Shown here: positions 45,801 through 58,050 of the stretch, in pieces
Position numbering within the stretch: position 1 is the stretch's first letter
How the letters are laid out: every line of letters starts with the position of its first letter
Assembly (NCBI RefSeq): GCF_964194155.1
Contig: NC_135898.1
Span: 21,080,001-21,144,000, forward strand
Direction: 5' to 3'
Source: Cetorhinus maximus
Taxonomy: Eukaryota
DNA: 64,000 nucleotides
The notes under the pieces: model-generated
What the model saw: only the letters and a program-made list of their open reading frames with translations
The model's database searches: none
What the model was told of the DNA's origin: nothing
Position numbers and translations under genes: made by a program

Positions 45801-46677
45801 CTTAAGAATGTGACCTAATCTTGATGCCTGTCACACACTTTTACTTGCAGCTCTTTTCACAAGTTTAAAAAAATCACTTCTTATGCCCAATGTGTTGATA
45901 TCACAGCCACCCTGAGTGCAAACACATGTATCAATAGGAAGTAGTGAGTTTTAGTAATGTGATTATGGGTAAAAATAGGTAGGGTTCATTGTAAACCCAT
46001 TAATCGTCAAAAGTCCCTTGGCTCAGCTGCCAGCATTTTGCTCTATCCTTTCACTGATTTGATGCAATCCTTCATATGGTGTATTGGTAGAAATAAGTAA
46101 TGAGGTCCTGCTACTAGTGTAGAAAATTAATCAGCACACGTTCCCATCATCATAAACCCCAACTAAACAATTGGTTAGACTTGAGCACCAATGCACTCCT
46201 GATCTGCTTCACTGTGCTGCAATGCTGCTGCTAGACACATATTACTTAAAGATAGAGACTTTCAAACATTTCCAATAACATCGGTGCGTGAATGGTCCAA
46301 ACAAGCCAAAAGGTAAGAATACAGGGAAATAAGATACAGTATCACGGGAGGCAAAATAATCATTAAAAAAAGAAGGACTTGCACGTATAGAGCATCTTTC
46401 AAACCATAGTATGTCTCAAAGTGTCAGTGAGGTACTTTTTGAAGTGTAGTCACTGTTGCAAAGTAGGAACTGCAGCAGTCAATTTGCACACAGCAAGCTC
46501 CCACAAACTGCAATGTGATAATGACCAGACAATGTGTTTTTGAGATGTTGTTTAAGGGATAAATATTGGCCAGGTCTCCAGGGATAACTCCCCTGCTCTT
46601 CTTAGAAACAATGTCATGGGGTCTTATTTACATCCACTTAAGAGGTCAACAGCTAGGGCCCCGGTTTAAATGTCTCA

Positions 46678-47570
46678 AGACAGGTAGTATTGAGGAGGCA
46701 GGGAGGCTGCAGAAGAATTTAGACAGGTTAGGAGAATGGGTAAAGAAATGGCAGATGGAATACAACGTGGGGATGTGTGAGGTCATGCACTTTGGTAGGA
46801 AGAATAGAGGCATAGACTATTTTCTAAATGGGGAGAGAATTCAGAAATCTGGAGTGCAAAGGGACTTGGGAGTCCTAGTCCAGGATTCTGTTAAGGTTAA
46901 CTTGCAGGTTGAGTCGGTAGTTAGGAAGGCAAATGCAATGTTGGCATTTATTTCGAGAGGACTAGAATATAAAAGCAGGGATGTGCTGCTGAGGCTTTAT
47001 AAGGCTCTGGTCAGACCACATTTAGAATATTGTGAGCAATTTTGGGCCCCCTATCTCAGGAAGGATGTTCTGGCGCTGGAGAGGATCCAGAGGAGGTTCA
47101 CGAGAATGATCCCAGGAATGAAAAGCTTAACATATGAGGAACGTTTGAGGACTCTGGGTCTATACTCGATGGAGTTTAGAAGGATGAGGAGGGATCTGAT
47201 TGAAACTTACAGAATACTGAAAGGCCTGGATAGAGTGGATGTGGGGAAGATGTTTCCATTAGTAGGAGAGACTAGGACCTGAGGGCACAGCCTCAGAGTA
47301 AAGGGAAGACCGTTTAGAACAGAGATGAGGAGAAACTTCTTTAGCCAGAGAGTGGTGAATCTATGGAATTCATTGCCACAAAAGGCTGTAGAGGCCAGGT
47401 CATTGAGTGTATTTAAGATCGAGATAGATAGGTTCTTGATTGGTAAGGGGATCAAAGGTTATGGGAAGAAGGTGGGAGATTGGGGTTGAGAAACTTATCA
47501 GCCATGATTGAATGGCGGAGCAGACTCGATAGGCCGAATGGCCTAATTTCTGCTCCTATGTCTTATGGTT
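46678..47570 (+). mobile_element. Relatively young 5'-truncated CR1 LINE
   Basis: ORF with LQKNLDRLGEWVKKWQMEYNVG.CEVMHFGRKN...LVRPHLEYCEQFWAPYLRKD; complete 3' UTR ending in tcctatgtcttatgg. Confidence 0.93.
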
Positions 47571-47591
47571 TCATCTGAGATGATGAGACTA

Positions 47592-48551
47592 CTTGTTTAT
47601 TCATTTATGGGATGTGGGCGTCACTGGCTAGGCCAGCATTTATTGCCCAACCCTAATTGCCTTTCAGACGGTAGTAGTGAGCTGCCTTCTTGAACCACTA
47701 CAGTCCCTGAGTTGAAGGTACACCCACTGTGCTGTTAGGGAGGGAGTTCCAGTATTTTGACCCAGTGAAGGTGAAGGAATGGCGATATATTTCCAAGTCA
47801 GAATGGTGAGTGGCTTGTGGGGGAACTTCCAAGTAGTGGGTGCTCCCATGTGTCTGTTGTCCTTGTCCTTTTAGATGGTAGCGGTTGTGGGTTTGGAAGG
47901 TGCTACCTAAAGAGCCATGGTGAGTTTCTGCAGTGCATCTGGTAAATGGTACACACTGCTGCTACTGTGCGTCGGTGGTGAGGGAGTGAATGTTCGTGGC
48001 AGGGGTGCCAATCAAGCAGGATGCTTTGTCCTGGATGGTATCAAGCTTCTTGAGTATTATTGGAGCTGCACTTATCCAGGCAAGCAGAGAGTATTCCATC
48101 ACACTCCTAACATGTGCCTTGTAGATGGTGGACAGGCTTTGGGGAGTCAGGAGGTGAGTTACTCACCACAGGATTTCTAGCCTCTCACCTGCTGTTGTAG
48201 CCACAGTATTTATATGGCTAGTCCAGCTCAGTTTCTGGTCAATGATAACCCCCCAAGGCTGTTGATAGTGGGGGATTCAGCGATGATAATTGAAGGTCAA
48301 GGGCAGATGGTTAGATTCTCTCTTGTTGGAGATGGTCATTGCCTAGCACTTGTGTGGCATGAATGTTCCTTGCTATTTGTCAGCCCAAGCCTGGATATTG
48401 TCCAGGTCTTGTTGCATTTGGACATGGACTGCTTTAGTATCTGAGGAGTCGCGAATGGTGCTGAACATCGTGCAATCATCAGCGAACATCCCCACTTCTG
48501 ATCTTATGATGGAAGGAAGGTCATTGATGAAGCAGCTGAATATGGTTGGGC
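47592..48551 (-). mobile_element. CR1-group LINE 3' fragment (second family)
   Basis: Minus-strand GPTIFSCFINDLPSIIRSEVGMFADDCTMF...MQQDLDNIQAWADK RT motifs. Related fragments at ~3590-3960 and ~40900-41150. Confidence 0.85.
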
Positions 48552-49544
48552 CATCTGAAAGGAAGGCATCTCTGGCAGTGTAGCACTCCCTCAAGTACTG
48601 CACTGGAGTGCCTGCCTTGATTTTTATACTCAAGTCCTGGGTTGGGACTTGAACCCACAACCTTCTGACTCGGAGCACAAGTGAGAAACATCTGAGCTGC
48701 AGCTAACACATAATGTTTTGCACATTCAAAAAAGATGGGGGAAGGGTGGGGAAGAATGTGATTTTAAAAAACCTGTCTTAACCACACAGCAAGAGAGTGA
48801 GAGAACATAAAGACAATAGAATCAAAATCCAGTTTTGAGTTCAATATGCTGCAAGAAAGATAAACAGGTGAAAAGATGGATGGACGGATAGATAAGTGAA
48901 TGACTGTTCACGTTATTACTGTTTGTGGGACCGTGTTGTGTCCAACACAGCTGCTATGCTCACCTAAGTGCGGCTGGACTTCAAAGCAATTCCTTGTATT
49001 CAGAGTGCTTGTTTCTAAGACACAATAAAAGTGATAAAAGTGTTCTTTATAGTTCGCTCCTGCAGCTGCTGTTAGTTTTTAGACTTGGAGTTGTGAGCAA
49101 GATTTCAAGTAGGATTTGAGAAATGTGTTCCACAGTTTAAATATGTTGTAACGGAGGCTCCCAGAGATTTGCAATAGCAACAAGACTCACACAAACATAC
49201 ACAGATAGCATAAAAGCAACAGCAGGTGAGGACTAATTCCTCTGAATATTATTCTATAATGGTTTAGTTCCCAAGATCAGAAAGTATTTGTATTTATTTA
49301 ACTTAAATTACCAACATCCAGCCAAAAAGAACAGCATGCAAATCATTATAGAGTCATGTACCTTTAAAAAAACAAATGTACACAATTTATAGGCAGCAAA
49401 TTATCTTAGTAACATAATGCTTCCAAAAAGAACCCTACAATGCCAGTGCCACCAGAAGAGGGTTTTCGCATTAGGATACTATTAACAAGTATAATGTGGT
49501 ATTTATTTTGGAGTTTTGTTGATTCCAGCTGTACTGTAATTTGC

Positions 49545-50320
49545 AGTTTCTGTGCAGGAAAAGGAGATGGTGGACCCTGTCAGATGGTTCCCTGACCAAA
49601 CTGTTAAAGTCATCTCCAAAATTTACAAACAAGCACTAAGACGCAGTTTGACTGGTGGGGAGAAGGCCCTTCCCTGTCAGGCTGTTCTTGCACACCAAGA
49701 GTCTCATCCCCCTCCCCACATTGCCCTCAAGGTGGCTGCAGTGGGGAAGAGACTGTCGCCCACCTCCTTCTGGAACGTGCCTTTACAAAACAGGTCTGGC
49801 AAGAGAGGCAGTGGATTTTGTTGAGGTTCATCCCGAGCAGCTTCGTAACACAGGACTCAGTGCTCCATAGGCTGTTCCCAGGAATGCACACCGAGATAAA
49901 CATCAACTGCAGCTGGAGGACCATCAACTCGGTGAAAGATGCTCCTTGGTCTGTTTGAAACCTGCTGTTCTTCCGGACTAAAGAGCTGTCAATGACCGAG
50001 TGATGCAGACTGGAACACTCCAAGGTCCTTGCTGAGGGACGCACTGAAGCTTGAGGCAGCCACTACAAATGCTCAATGGGGAATGGCCACTAAGGCCCTC
50101 CCACTACAGTACAATGATGGGCTAAAACCCACAAACTGCATGCACCAAAGAATGTTTGACATGAAATATAACCTGTAATGGCAAGTGTAGTAAGGCAGCT
50201 CATTTTCTGCATTGAAAGAAATTGAGCTGTATTGCACTTTATGTAATGCGGAATTTGAACTGTTCTGCAATGTACTTTAACAAATTTTATGAATAAAATA
50301 TACTTGTGGTGGAAGAAAAA
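49545..50320 (+). mobile_element. L1/Tx1-like LINE 3' end
   Basis: Decayed zf-RVT-like region and WRTINSVKDA(L)WS..NLL.F motif, ending in aataaa plus an A-rich tail. Confidence 0.65.
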
Positions 50321-51834
50321 TTGTAGTTTGTGTCATGTTAATGTGGTTGTGGAGAATATAGGCACTGTGACTGACCATCAGTTGTGTCATGACTGTCTTT
50401 GTCTGCTGCCCCTTAATCCGCCTCCCCAAGGTTATATCCTTTCCCACTAATGCCAGTCCCCTCCAGTACTTCACCCCAGTGCCATACAGCTCACAATATC
50501 CTCGCCAGCTACACTCCAAGTTTGGAAGGGCAGAATCTAAAATTGTACCGCCGTGTTATTTTCACTCTTCAACGTTTCACAATGCACCAATTCCTCCTTT
50601 GGTGCTGCTTCATTTGATAAGTGAACACAGTGTGAAAATTTCACCCACCAACGTCACATTTTACTAAAATCCTGATGACTGCCTTGCATTTGTTCTGTGT
50701 GTGCAGTGATTCATGGACCTGTCATACAAATATTAACCTCTTTTCTACCAATTTTCTCCTACAGAGGCATTAATTCTTTGGTTGGGGAGAGTTTCATAGA
50801 CACTGGGTATTCTCCAGTACATGATCCAAGTGGCTATTCTTCAGCGGTGAGCCTAGATCGTGAGGGTAATGTCTGCAGCTAGCATCACACACTGAAATAT
50901 TTCCAGAGCAGAATAACATAGCTACATAATTTATCATTGGTTATAGTTTCAGCATTGCCTGATCCAATCTGTTACTCCTTGCTTTCACTTTTTGAATCAT
51001 ATTGCATTCATCAGTTTGCTCGGTATTGTGTTTTGGCTCCACAGGCTGCCACTATCCATCTCCAGCTCGTGACACTTTTTTCTCAACACAGGTCCCTTAA
51101 TCATGGGACCTGCTTTGTGAGTATTTCTCATTTACTCAGTGACTGCCACAATCTATAAATCAGAAGTTGCTGGTGTTTTTTGCTGTTTCTGTTCCAGACT
51201 GCTGATGGCCAGCTCCAGAATCGATGCCTGTGTGTTATCCAAGGAGTTAGGTTTCCTACTGGCAACAGTAAATCAGGGACTCACACTCAACTGAAACTTA
51301 AACATGGTCAGAAGAGATGAGTTGCATCCATCCCAAATGTCGTTGCCATGGATAAGTCAATGGTGAAAGGTATGGCAACACTTTGGCCTATCAGAGTCAA
51401 CTTGCTAACCAATCAGCACCCTTTTCAGCTGTAGTATAAATTGTTGTGATCGATTGAAATTTGCTATTCTTGCATTTGTCCTGATAAGTGCAAGATGAAA
51501 AGCTTTCACAACATTTTCAACAATATTTGAATTCTTCTTTGCTCCTCTCAACTTTGTCTTCTATTCACTGTCTTTCTCCTTTTCCCTTTCCACCCTACTT
51601 GCAGTGCCATTTGCAAGTCTTCCTTCCATCCTTCCCAATGAGCTGGGAATTATCAGCATGATTAAAATATGCGTAAAGTCATAATCTGAAGACAGGAAAG
51701 CAAGAAATTGCAACTTTTGGCTTGTGTATCCCATCGAAGGCAAGAGATTTGGTAGCACAACTCTGTATCAATTGCATTACTTTGATGACCTCTACTTTGC
51801 AGACATGAAATTTATCCTCTAATTTAATGTGTGT

Positions 51835-52070
51835 TGGCTGTGGCTCAGTTGGTAGCACCTTTGCCTCTGAATTAGAAGGTTTTGGGTTCAAGTCCCAAAC
51901 CAGGTCTTGACCCCAAAAATCAAGCTGATATTCAAGTGCAGTACTGAGGAAGTGATGCACTGTCAAAGATGCTGTCTTTTGGATGAGACTTTAAACCAAG
52001 ACCCCTCTACCCCCTCAAGTGTATATAAAATATCCCATGACACTATTTTGAAGAAGAGCAGGGAATTAGT
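51835..52070 (+). mobile_element. Deu-domain SINE 5' half with tRNA-derived head
   Basis: A box tggctcagttgg, B box ggttcaagtccc, followed by the agtgcagtactgagg core. Confidence 0.75.
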
Positions 52071-53199
52071 TAAGAACATGAGTTCAGAACCACAGTAGAA
52101 ATATTGATATGGGAAACCTTCCTTCTATGTTTACAATGTGGTAACTTCCATGAAAGATACCCATTATGCATTAAGTGTAACACAATGATAAGCTTGTTCT
52201 TTGCAAACAGGTAAGTGTTTTGTGACATGGAGCATGCGACAATAAAATACCAACAGTAGTGTAGTTTGAACCTCGTCATCAAAGATTATTTTTCATGGAA
52301 GCATAGAGAATTTAAAGCACATATGGAGACCATTTGGCCCATCTGTAGCATTCTCCCTGCAGTGTTGAATGTTGCTGATGCTTCTCTGTGCAGCAGGTGC
52401 TCTTTCCCCCAAGTGGCTACTCTTACTGTCTGAATCTGTGGGCTGTTTGACCTTGTGAGAAGCAGAGGATAATCTTTCTTGGCGAGGAGGTTCAGCCAGA
52501 TCTCCTGTTCACTGACCAAGGGGTGCAGCTGGAGTCAACACAACCCCACGAGTATAGCACTCCACCACAACTTGTGTCATACAACAGTAGGCTGTGCCCT
52601 TTTCCAGTAGCTCCCAATGGTGATCTACTGGATGAGCTTCCAAAACAGCACCAATCTGTAATCAACTCCCTTTCACATTTTGTGCTTTAGTGATGCTTTC
52701 AATCATGCCACTTTTTCACATGACATGTATGCCAGGTGACTCATAATTTGCGACTAATAAAAGAAAAAGGAGAAACACAAATGAAGAGAGACTGCCATCT
52801 GTTTCAAAGAGGGTCCCATACTCGGAGAGAGAGCTGTGCAACACAGGAAGCAGGCTAAAATAAGCAGAGGCAACAGTGGAAGCTGGAAACTAAGATAATA
52901 ATACAGCAAAATATACTTTAAATAAGAAGAGGTGGAGGTGCATGCATGAGCAACCTGGAGTAATTACAGGGCAAGAACATTTAACTATAAACCACCACAC
53001 ATAACCCAGGCGTGTGCGCAATAAAGATTGGCATTTGATCTGTCAGCACTATTGTCACTATAACAGCTTGCAATCATCAGCCCTTGACAAGATGATCAAG
53101 CTGTTCCTCTCTGCACCATCCTATGAACTGCTGAGCGATTCAGATTGGTTTGGTCCCAGGTTCTAATCCTGTGTTGAGTTGGTCGATGTCAGCCAGGGG

Positions 53200-53835
53200 A
53201 GGAAAATAGGAACAGAAGGCCATTCAGTCCATCAAGCCTGTTCTTCCATTCAATGAGATCATGGTTGATATATACCTTAACTCTATCCATTCACCTTTGC
53301 TCATTAGTGTTTTATTGCTTTGTCTACCGAAAATCTAGCAATCTTAAAATTATAGTTAAAAGCAAAAAACTGCGGATGTTGGAAATCCAAAACAAAAACA
53401 AAAATACCTGGAAAAACTCAGCAATAAAATTATAGTTATTAATTGAGCTAGCAGCTAATGCTTTTTTGTGGGAGATCCACAATTCTACTACCCTTTGTGA
53501 CAAGAAGTGTTTCCAAACTCCTCTCTTGAATGCTCTGGTTTGATGTCTTGGTGTCTTCTTGTCCTAGACTTCCTCACCTTTGGATAAAGTTTTCATTATC
53601 TACCCTATCAATTCCTTTCAAGATCATAAAAACCTCAATTAAATCACCTTTAAATCTTATATTCCAGGGAATACAAGCCTAGTTTATGTAACCTCACCTT
53701 AAAAATTAGTCCTTTGAGCCCTGGTAACATGCTGGTGAATCTGTCCTGCACTCCTTCTAAGGCCAGTATATTCTTTCTAAGGTGCAATGCTCAGGACTGT
53801 ACTCAGTACTCCAGATGTGGTCTCACAAGAGCTTA
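53200..53835 (-). mobile_element. Degenerate CR1 3' fragment containing a 66-bp Penelope-like insert (53359-53424; 14-bp TSD taaaattatagtta)
   Basis: CR1-like minus-strand sequence; exact direct repeat at 53345-53358 and 53425-53438. Confidence 0.7.
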
Positions 53836-54789
53836 GCAAAACTTTTTAAAAAATTCTTTGACTGATGTGCGCGTTGCTGCCAAGGTCAGCATTTCTTACC
53901 CATCCCTAACTGCCCTTGAACTGAGTGGCTTGCTCGGCCATTTCAGAGGGCAGCTAAGAGGCAACCGCATTGCTGTGGGTCTGGAGTCACATGTAGGCCA
54001 GGCCAGGTAAGGACGGCAGAGTTCCTTCCCTAAAGGGCATTGGTGAACCAGGTGGGTTTTTACAACAATTGATGATAGTTTCATGGTCACCATTACTAAG
54101 ACTGACTTTCAATTTCAGATTTTATTAATAGAATTTAAATTCTACCAGCTGCCATGGCAGATTTGAACCCCTGTCCCCAGAGCATTAAGCTGGGTCTCTA
54201 GATTACTAGCTCAGTGACATTCCCACTATTCCACCATCTCCCCCTTTGAAATATAGCCTTCTAATTATAAAAGCTAACACTTCATTAGTTGTATTGATTT
54301 TTTTTTGTTCCTGAAGGGCAATGTGCGGTCTGGCTATATATTTGAGAAGAGGACGAGTCTGGAAAAACCAAATGAAAAAAGGTACCTGTATCAACCGCCG
54401 TGCTGAAATATGACTTGGAGAAACCCAAAGATTTATTACCAAATTGTACCCAAATAAAAAATGTCCCATGTCCCTTTAAGAATGGTGCTGACCTTCTTTC
54501 ATCATAAGATGTGTCCTCACCATGTTAAACATTTGGTGATGTCCATTCTCCCTTGTAGCTAAATATCCCTCATGGTGGAGGGATATGAAAGGGCTGGGTT
54601 TTCAGTAGAGTGACTCTACTGTGTCCCACTGTGGGGGAGAGGTGGCTGTGAAGGAGATCTACAGATTATATCTACTGGTTGCCTATATGTGCAGTTTTCA
54701 GGGGATCCAGATTCCCATTTGTGAGTCTTCCTTCCCTGCTGAAATAGTGCTCGTTCATGTTACATAGTGGTTTCCCACAGAAACACATA

Positions 54790-55830
54790 TAATCTGTAAC
54801 AAAGCAATAGGCTATTCAGTCCAACCAGCCTATTGCTCGTGCTTTTAATTCAGCCAATCCTCTTCCCAGTCTAGTGAGTTCTTCCTACCTTGCCTCATAT
54901 TCCTCTTTTTCATTCTCTCCTATGTAAGCATCAAGCCCCTTCTTCAATGCTTCACTGCTGTCAGCTTCATCAGCTGCAAGTGACAGTGAGTTGAACATTC
55001 TCAAAATACCCTTCATAGAGAAACTCCTCCTAAATTCTTTATTTGATCTGCCAGTAGCTATCATATTCATGGGACCACCTCTTCTGGACTTACCCACAAG
55101 TGAAAAGAATCTCTCCACATCTACTCTGTTGAAGCCCTTCCTAATCTTTAAAGACCTCTATCTTTGAAGGTGGCAGGACAGGTTGAGAGTGTGGTTAATA
55201 AAGCAAATGGGATTCTTGGCTTTATAAATAGAGGCAGAGAATACAAAAGCCAGGAAGTTATAGTGAACCTTTATAAAACACTGGTTTGACCTCAACTGGA
55301 GTATTATGTCCAATTCTGGGCAGCGCACTTTAAGGAAAGATGTGAAGGCTTTAAAGACGATGCAGAACAGATTTACAAGAATGGTTCCAGGCATGAGAGA
55401 TTCATCTACAAGGATAGATTGGAGAAGCTGGGGTTATTCTCCTTGGAGAAGAGAATGTTGAGAGGAGATTTGATAGAGGCCTTCAAAATCATGAGGGGTC
55501 TGGACAGAGTAGATAGCGTGAAACTGTTCCCATTGGTCAAAGGGTCAAGGGGGAAAAGACTTACAGTGACTGGCAAAAGAACCAGAGGTGACATGAGCAA
55601 GCAGTTAGGACCTGGAATACATTACTCTTTCAAAAGGGAATAGAATGATTATATTAAGAGAAAAGATTTGCAGGGCTACATGGGAAAAAGCAGAGGTGTT
55701 GGACTCGCTAAATTGCTCTCACAGAAAGCTGTCATGAACATGATAGGTCGAATGGCCTCATTTTTGTCCTGTAATCATGATTCTAGGTCTCCTCTCAGCC
55801 TTCTTTTTTCTAGAGAACGCAGCTCCAACT
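54790..55830. mobile_element. Nested CR1 fragments: a + strand CR1 (~55158-55785) inside an older - strand CR1
   Basis: ORFs 55419..55643 (+) and 54885..55118 (-) both show the CR1 ORF2 C-terminus; the minus copy resumes at ~55786. Confidence 0.75.
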
Positions 55831-55949
55831 TGGGAGGAGAAGTTTAAGATATGGGTGTAGCAAAAGGGAGAACAATTTATAAATAAAATCATTCCTTACT
55901 TAATAATGTCACTCCTATTGCAACCAACTGTTAAAGCAGCTAATGAATT

Positions 55950-56760
55950 GACCCTTTGTTGCACACAGCCTGCACTCACAGGGTTCGGCACAGCCTAGAA
56001 ATGGTGTGTCGTCTTTAAGGGGGGGTGTGTACCTGGACTGTTCAGGATTCTCTAGAGACTGCACGAGTGTGGGGATTATGCAGCGATTTGACGTAAGATC
56101 AGCTGTTGCTGGGAGGCAGCTCCACCGAGAACAGAGCAGCGTCTGAGGCGAAGGCAGAAGAAGGGAAAAAGATGCAGCTGGAATAAGCTCAGCCATCGCA
56201 GCCCCCCTCCCCCTTCCCCCCCCAAAAAAACCCCTCCCCAAAATTACAGCTTTGCAACTTAACGCCAGGCGACACTGAAGGATTGAGAAGCCACAGTTTC
56301 AGGTGGGTGCACTGTCGGATCTCTTTCAGAGCCGGTTGAATGGATGCATTCATTCCAAGGTAGGAAGGCTGCCGGGGACCAAGGCTGTTATGCAATTAAA
56401 TACTCACTGTCTTCTGCCCAGTCTCTTTAGGAGGAGGAGACTGAGGAGAGTGGGGGTCCATCTGCAATATAGCTCCAGCCCTAAAAAACACAGAGGATAT
56501 TCCTGAGCACACAGCCAGTTATTCTGGGGGAGCGCATCGAACGGGGCAAATCACCCCCTTCCCCAGACACTGGGGGTTCCTGTAAATGCAGCAAGATAAA
56601 CAGATGTAGCATTGGGCAAGAGGCATCGTCCGCCGGTGTCCAGCTCCTAGTGCTGACTGGAGAGAAGGTACTTAACCGGTTCAGCACCATGGACAACGCA
56701 GCGGCGGGGTCGGGGGCGGGCGGGGGAAGGGGCGTCTCACTCCAGGTTTACTAAGTGTGT
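55950..56760 (+). promoter_or_regulatory. Candidate promoter and 5' non-coding exon(s) of the next + strand gene
   Basis: Repeat-free, CpG-enriched; CRE-like TGACGTAA (56089); donors AAG|GTAGGA (56360) and AAG|GTACTT (56668); GC boxes at ~56710-56735. No coding exon identified in the window. Confidence 0.4.
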
Positions 56761-57804
56761 ATCCACCCCGCCCCACAACACTCACTCGTTCCTTTGAAAG
56801 ATTTAAGATTTGCACGCACACGTTCTGGGAATGGTTCCACTCCGATCAGGGAGGGAATTTGGGGATGGATAAAATTCCTCCAAAACGAAAGAGGAATAAC
56901 TGCTTGTTCCTGCTGACAGATATCTGTACCTGTGAAAATTAGAATTGTCCTTTTCATGTTTCATTCATTTATCGTTTTTTTTTTGTGGCTGCTCTTTTGG
57001 AATTGTGTATGTGTGCCGGGAGTATCAGATTCAGCAGAAAGCTCTGAGCCCCCAAACCTCTGTGCCAGGGTACCATGTCTCTGCCAGCCTCTCTCAGTTA
57101 GACTGCGTGCCAATTGCCTACCCACTCAACGACCAGGCGAGACATCCAAACCCATCCTATTGGAAAAGAAAGGATGGACTTGCACCCAGTCTGCCTGACT
57201 TGAGATTGCCTCTTCAGTTAAGTAGCCCTCTTGCACTATCCAAAGGTCTATCCATTGCACTATCTATTCACAGCCATGGGAGTGTCAAGTCTGCACCACA
57301 TGTTCCCACCATTCATCTCCTTTAGCACCGTGAGCTACTAATCTTGCAGAATTTTTCCCTCTATTGTTTCTTTGTAGTGCCCAATCAAACACAACAGAAT
57401 TATCCGATCATAGCTGAGCTAGCAGCCTGGGTACCCCCATTAGCCTCAGCAACTCTATAGTTGAGAGTGAGGAGGGTTGAGTCAGGCACATGTGATCCCT
57501 ACTGGAAAGCACACATATTGTGGATGCTGGTTGATGCTACCCAAAGTGGAACCATCTCCCTTGGGCTGACTGGCATCAAATTCATAGAAAGATCACTAGG
57601 ATGAAACAACGAGGCCCTATGGAACTGTGCTCTGTCTGCAACAAAGGAGAGAGGAAAGGGTAATCCTCCTGGAAGATGAGCAGACACGATGTTGGCTTGT
57701 CAGGCCAAAGGGCTAGCAGAATATTTCATATTCAAAAATATGTCATGCGACTTTAAGAATATTCGAGATCATCACACCAGCTGCCGAGAGGCTGTGTCAG
57801 TTAT

Positions 57805-58050
57805 GCACACACAGACACACACACACACACATATGCTAACATGCACATGTTAACATATACACAGTAACACACATACTAACATATTCTGACACACAAGCAA
57901 ACTATCCCTCTCATACACACACATTAACACAAACACAAGGCACACATTAACACTTTCTAACACACTGGTACAGATACATTATCACACTCTGCTACACATA
58001 TTAATACAATGTGATACATATTCACGCCAACACTCACAATCACACATACG
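57805..58050 (+). repeat. (CA)n microsatellite and degenerate CA-rich tract
   Basis: Direct reading. Confidence 0.8.

Larger units (their letters stand above)
46372..48710 (-). mobile_element. Deu-domain SINE split by two nested LINE insertions (SINE parts ~46372-46677 and ~48552-48710)
   Basis: SINE sequence breaks at ...cggtttaaatgtctca and resumes at catctgaaag...gcactccctcaagtactgcactggagtg. Confidence 0.75.

Noticed and set aside
45600-45900. miR-320 ortholog at the POLR3D promoter
   Set aside because: The mature miR-320 sequence (AAAAGCTGGGTTGAGAGGGCGA) was not seen on either strand.
50330-51000. Possible retroviral/Gypsy integrase relic
   Set aside because: Too decayed to assign any motif by eye; needs a profile search.
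51835-51905. tRNA gene
   Set aside because: A and B boxes run straight into the Deu-SINE body; this is a SINE head without a good cloverleaf.
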